A stretch of 64,000 nt of DNA from NCBI GenBank assembly GCA_030017715.1, contig JASEIU010000001.1, positions 782,276 through 846,275 of the forward strand, read 5' to 3'. This DNA comes from Candidatus Saccharicenans sp. GTDB lineage: Bacteria; Acidobacteriota; Aminicenantia; Aminicenantales; Saccharicenantaceae. Both the position numbers and the translations under genes were made by a program. Position 1 is the stretch's first letter. Each line of letters begins with the position of its first letter. Below the pieces are notes generated by a model. That model ran no database searches. It was not told the DNA's origin and was given only the letters and a program-made list of their open reading frames with translations. Of this stretch, positions 63,084 through 64,000 are shown piece after piece.

Positions 63084-64000
63084 ATGAGCAGAATCAAAAT
63101 GGACATAGACGACCTTAAAGAAACTCTGAGGAAAAAGACCGGGGACCGGTCGGCGGACAGAGTCAAGGCCCTCTGGCAGGATATTAACTCCCGGAAGAAC
63201 CTGACCACCCGGGAGAAACTGGAAAAACTGCTGGAAATTTCGAGGAAGCAGAAAAAAGAACAACCGGGAAAAACCGTCCCGGCCGGAGAAAGCCCGACCC
63301 GGGGCGGAAGCGGCCAGCCTTTTCTGATTATAGAAAATTCCTATAACCTCGGGGCCCGCTACGGGCAGATACCGCTATTCCTGGGTCTTAACATACCAGG
63401 TCAGGTTCTGGCCGTTCTGGCCCGGGACCGGGAATTTGAAGGCCTGACCCTGTCCGGGTCGGTCTTTATCGACCTGGAGACCACCGGATTGGCCGGGGGC
63501 ACCGGGACCGTGCCTTTTCTGGTCGGCCTGGGCTTTTTCGAAAACGATAGCCTGAAGATAGTCCAGTATTTTCTGAACGACCTGGCGGCAGAAGGCAGGA
63601 TGCTGGAAGATTTGAGGCAACTGCTGGAAGAAAAAAAATTCACTTCGGTTGTCTCCTACAACGGCAAGGGCTTCGACCTGCCGCTGCTGGAGACGAGGTT
63701 TACCCTGAACCGGATGAGGCTGGCTCTGAGCAGCCTGCCCCACCTCGATTTCCTGTACTCGGCGCGGCATCTCTGGAAACATAAGTACGAAAGCTGCCGT
63801 CTGTACGAGCTGGCTCTCAACCACCTGGGTGTTGACCGGGCGGAAGATATTCCTTCAGAGGAAATTCCCTGGCGATATTTTCAATATTTGAGAAGCGGAG
63901 ATTTTTCTCTGGTGGAACCGATTTTTTATCACAACCAGGAAGACCTGATGTCTCTCTATGGAGTGGTCTTGGCCGGCTCCCTGCTGGTGGCCCGAACCCT
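63084..64000 (+). CDS. RNase H-like (YprB-type predicted exonuclease) domain protein, 3' end beyond window
   Basis: ATG at 63084. Frame open to the window end, so absent from the complete-ORF track. ..VFIDLETTGL..GTGTVPFLVGLGFFE..YNGKGFDLPLLE resembles the RNase_H_2/YprB family. Confidence 0.55.
   Translation, partial: MSRIKMDIDDLKETLRKKTGDRSADRVKALWQDINSRKNLTTREKLEKLLEISRKQKKEQPGKTVPAGESPTRGGSGQPFLIIENSYNLGARYGQIPLFLGLNIPGQVLAVLARDREFEGLTLSGSVFIDLETTGLAGGTGTVPFLVGLGFFENDSLKIVQYFLNDLAAEGRMLEDLRQLLEEKKFTSVVSYNGKGFDLPLLETRFTLNRMRLALSSLPHLDFLYSARHLWKHKYESCRLYELALNHLGVDRAEDIPSEEIPWRYFQYLRSGDFSLVEPIFYHNQEDLMSLYGVVLAGSLLVART

Overview
This 64 kb window is from a moderately GC-rich bacterial chromosome with compact genes on both strands. 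I found no rRNA, tRNA, CRISPR array, transposase, integrase or phage gene. Archaeal/eukaryal-type ProRS, a PDO-like double-thioredoxin protein, DUF1844 and an AmmeMemoRadiSam-type radical SAM enzyme point to a deep-branching or possibly thermophilic lineage.

The first ~25 kb is mostly housekeeping: rnc, pyrC, pyrR, ribF, mazG, prfB with its canonical programmed +1 frameshift (CUU UGA C), a SPOR protein, a stomatin/NfeD pair, HU/IHF, coaE, proS, pcm, and an rpsO-pnp operon. Embedded in it are two lineage-specific clusters:
- Three tandem degenerate PilZ-like paralogs around a LuxR-type regulator whose receiver domain lacks the phospho-accepting Asp.
- Three pseudopilin (GspG-like) genes fused to the 3' end of rpsO-pnp, with no other type II secretion or type IV pilus genes in the window.

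From ~25 kb on, the window is accessory and hydrolase-rich:
- TAT-signal D-aminoacylase, M23 peptidase, two S9 prolyl-oligopeptidase/DPP-IV-like peptidases, an M24 peptidase, a duplicated ABC-2 exporter, nitroreductase and a metallophosphoesterase.
- A tight minus-strand operon of three paralogous alkaline-phosphatase-superfamily (type I phosphodiesterase/NPP-like, Ser nucleophile) genes with distinct export signals, preceded by a PDO-like double-thioredoxin protein and followed by an RHH-like small protein, a membrane protein, an aminotransferase and Skp.
- A rhamnose block (GH78 alpha-L-rhamnosidase, rhaA, rhaB) with an HD-GYP phosphodiesterase and a HEAT-repeat protein inserted.

The most unusual feature is a non-coding repeat family absent from the ORF track. 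Two long copies of about 0.43-0.56 kb sit in inverted orientation 24 kb apart between convergent genes. Two short core copies (~50-95 bp) sit in divergent promoter regions. The long copies are built from a recurring ~30-nt GC-rich hairpin unit (GGRGGG..CUGUCA..GCC..CCUCC). I flag this family as a candidate novel sRNA or REP/MITE-like element.
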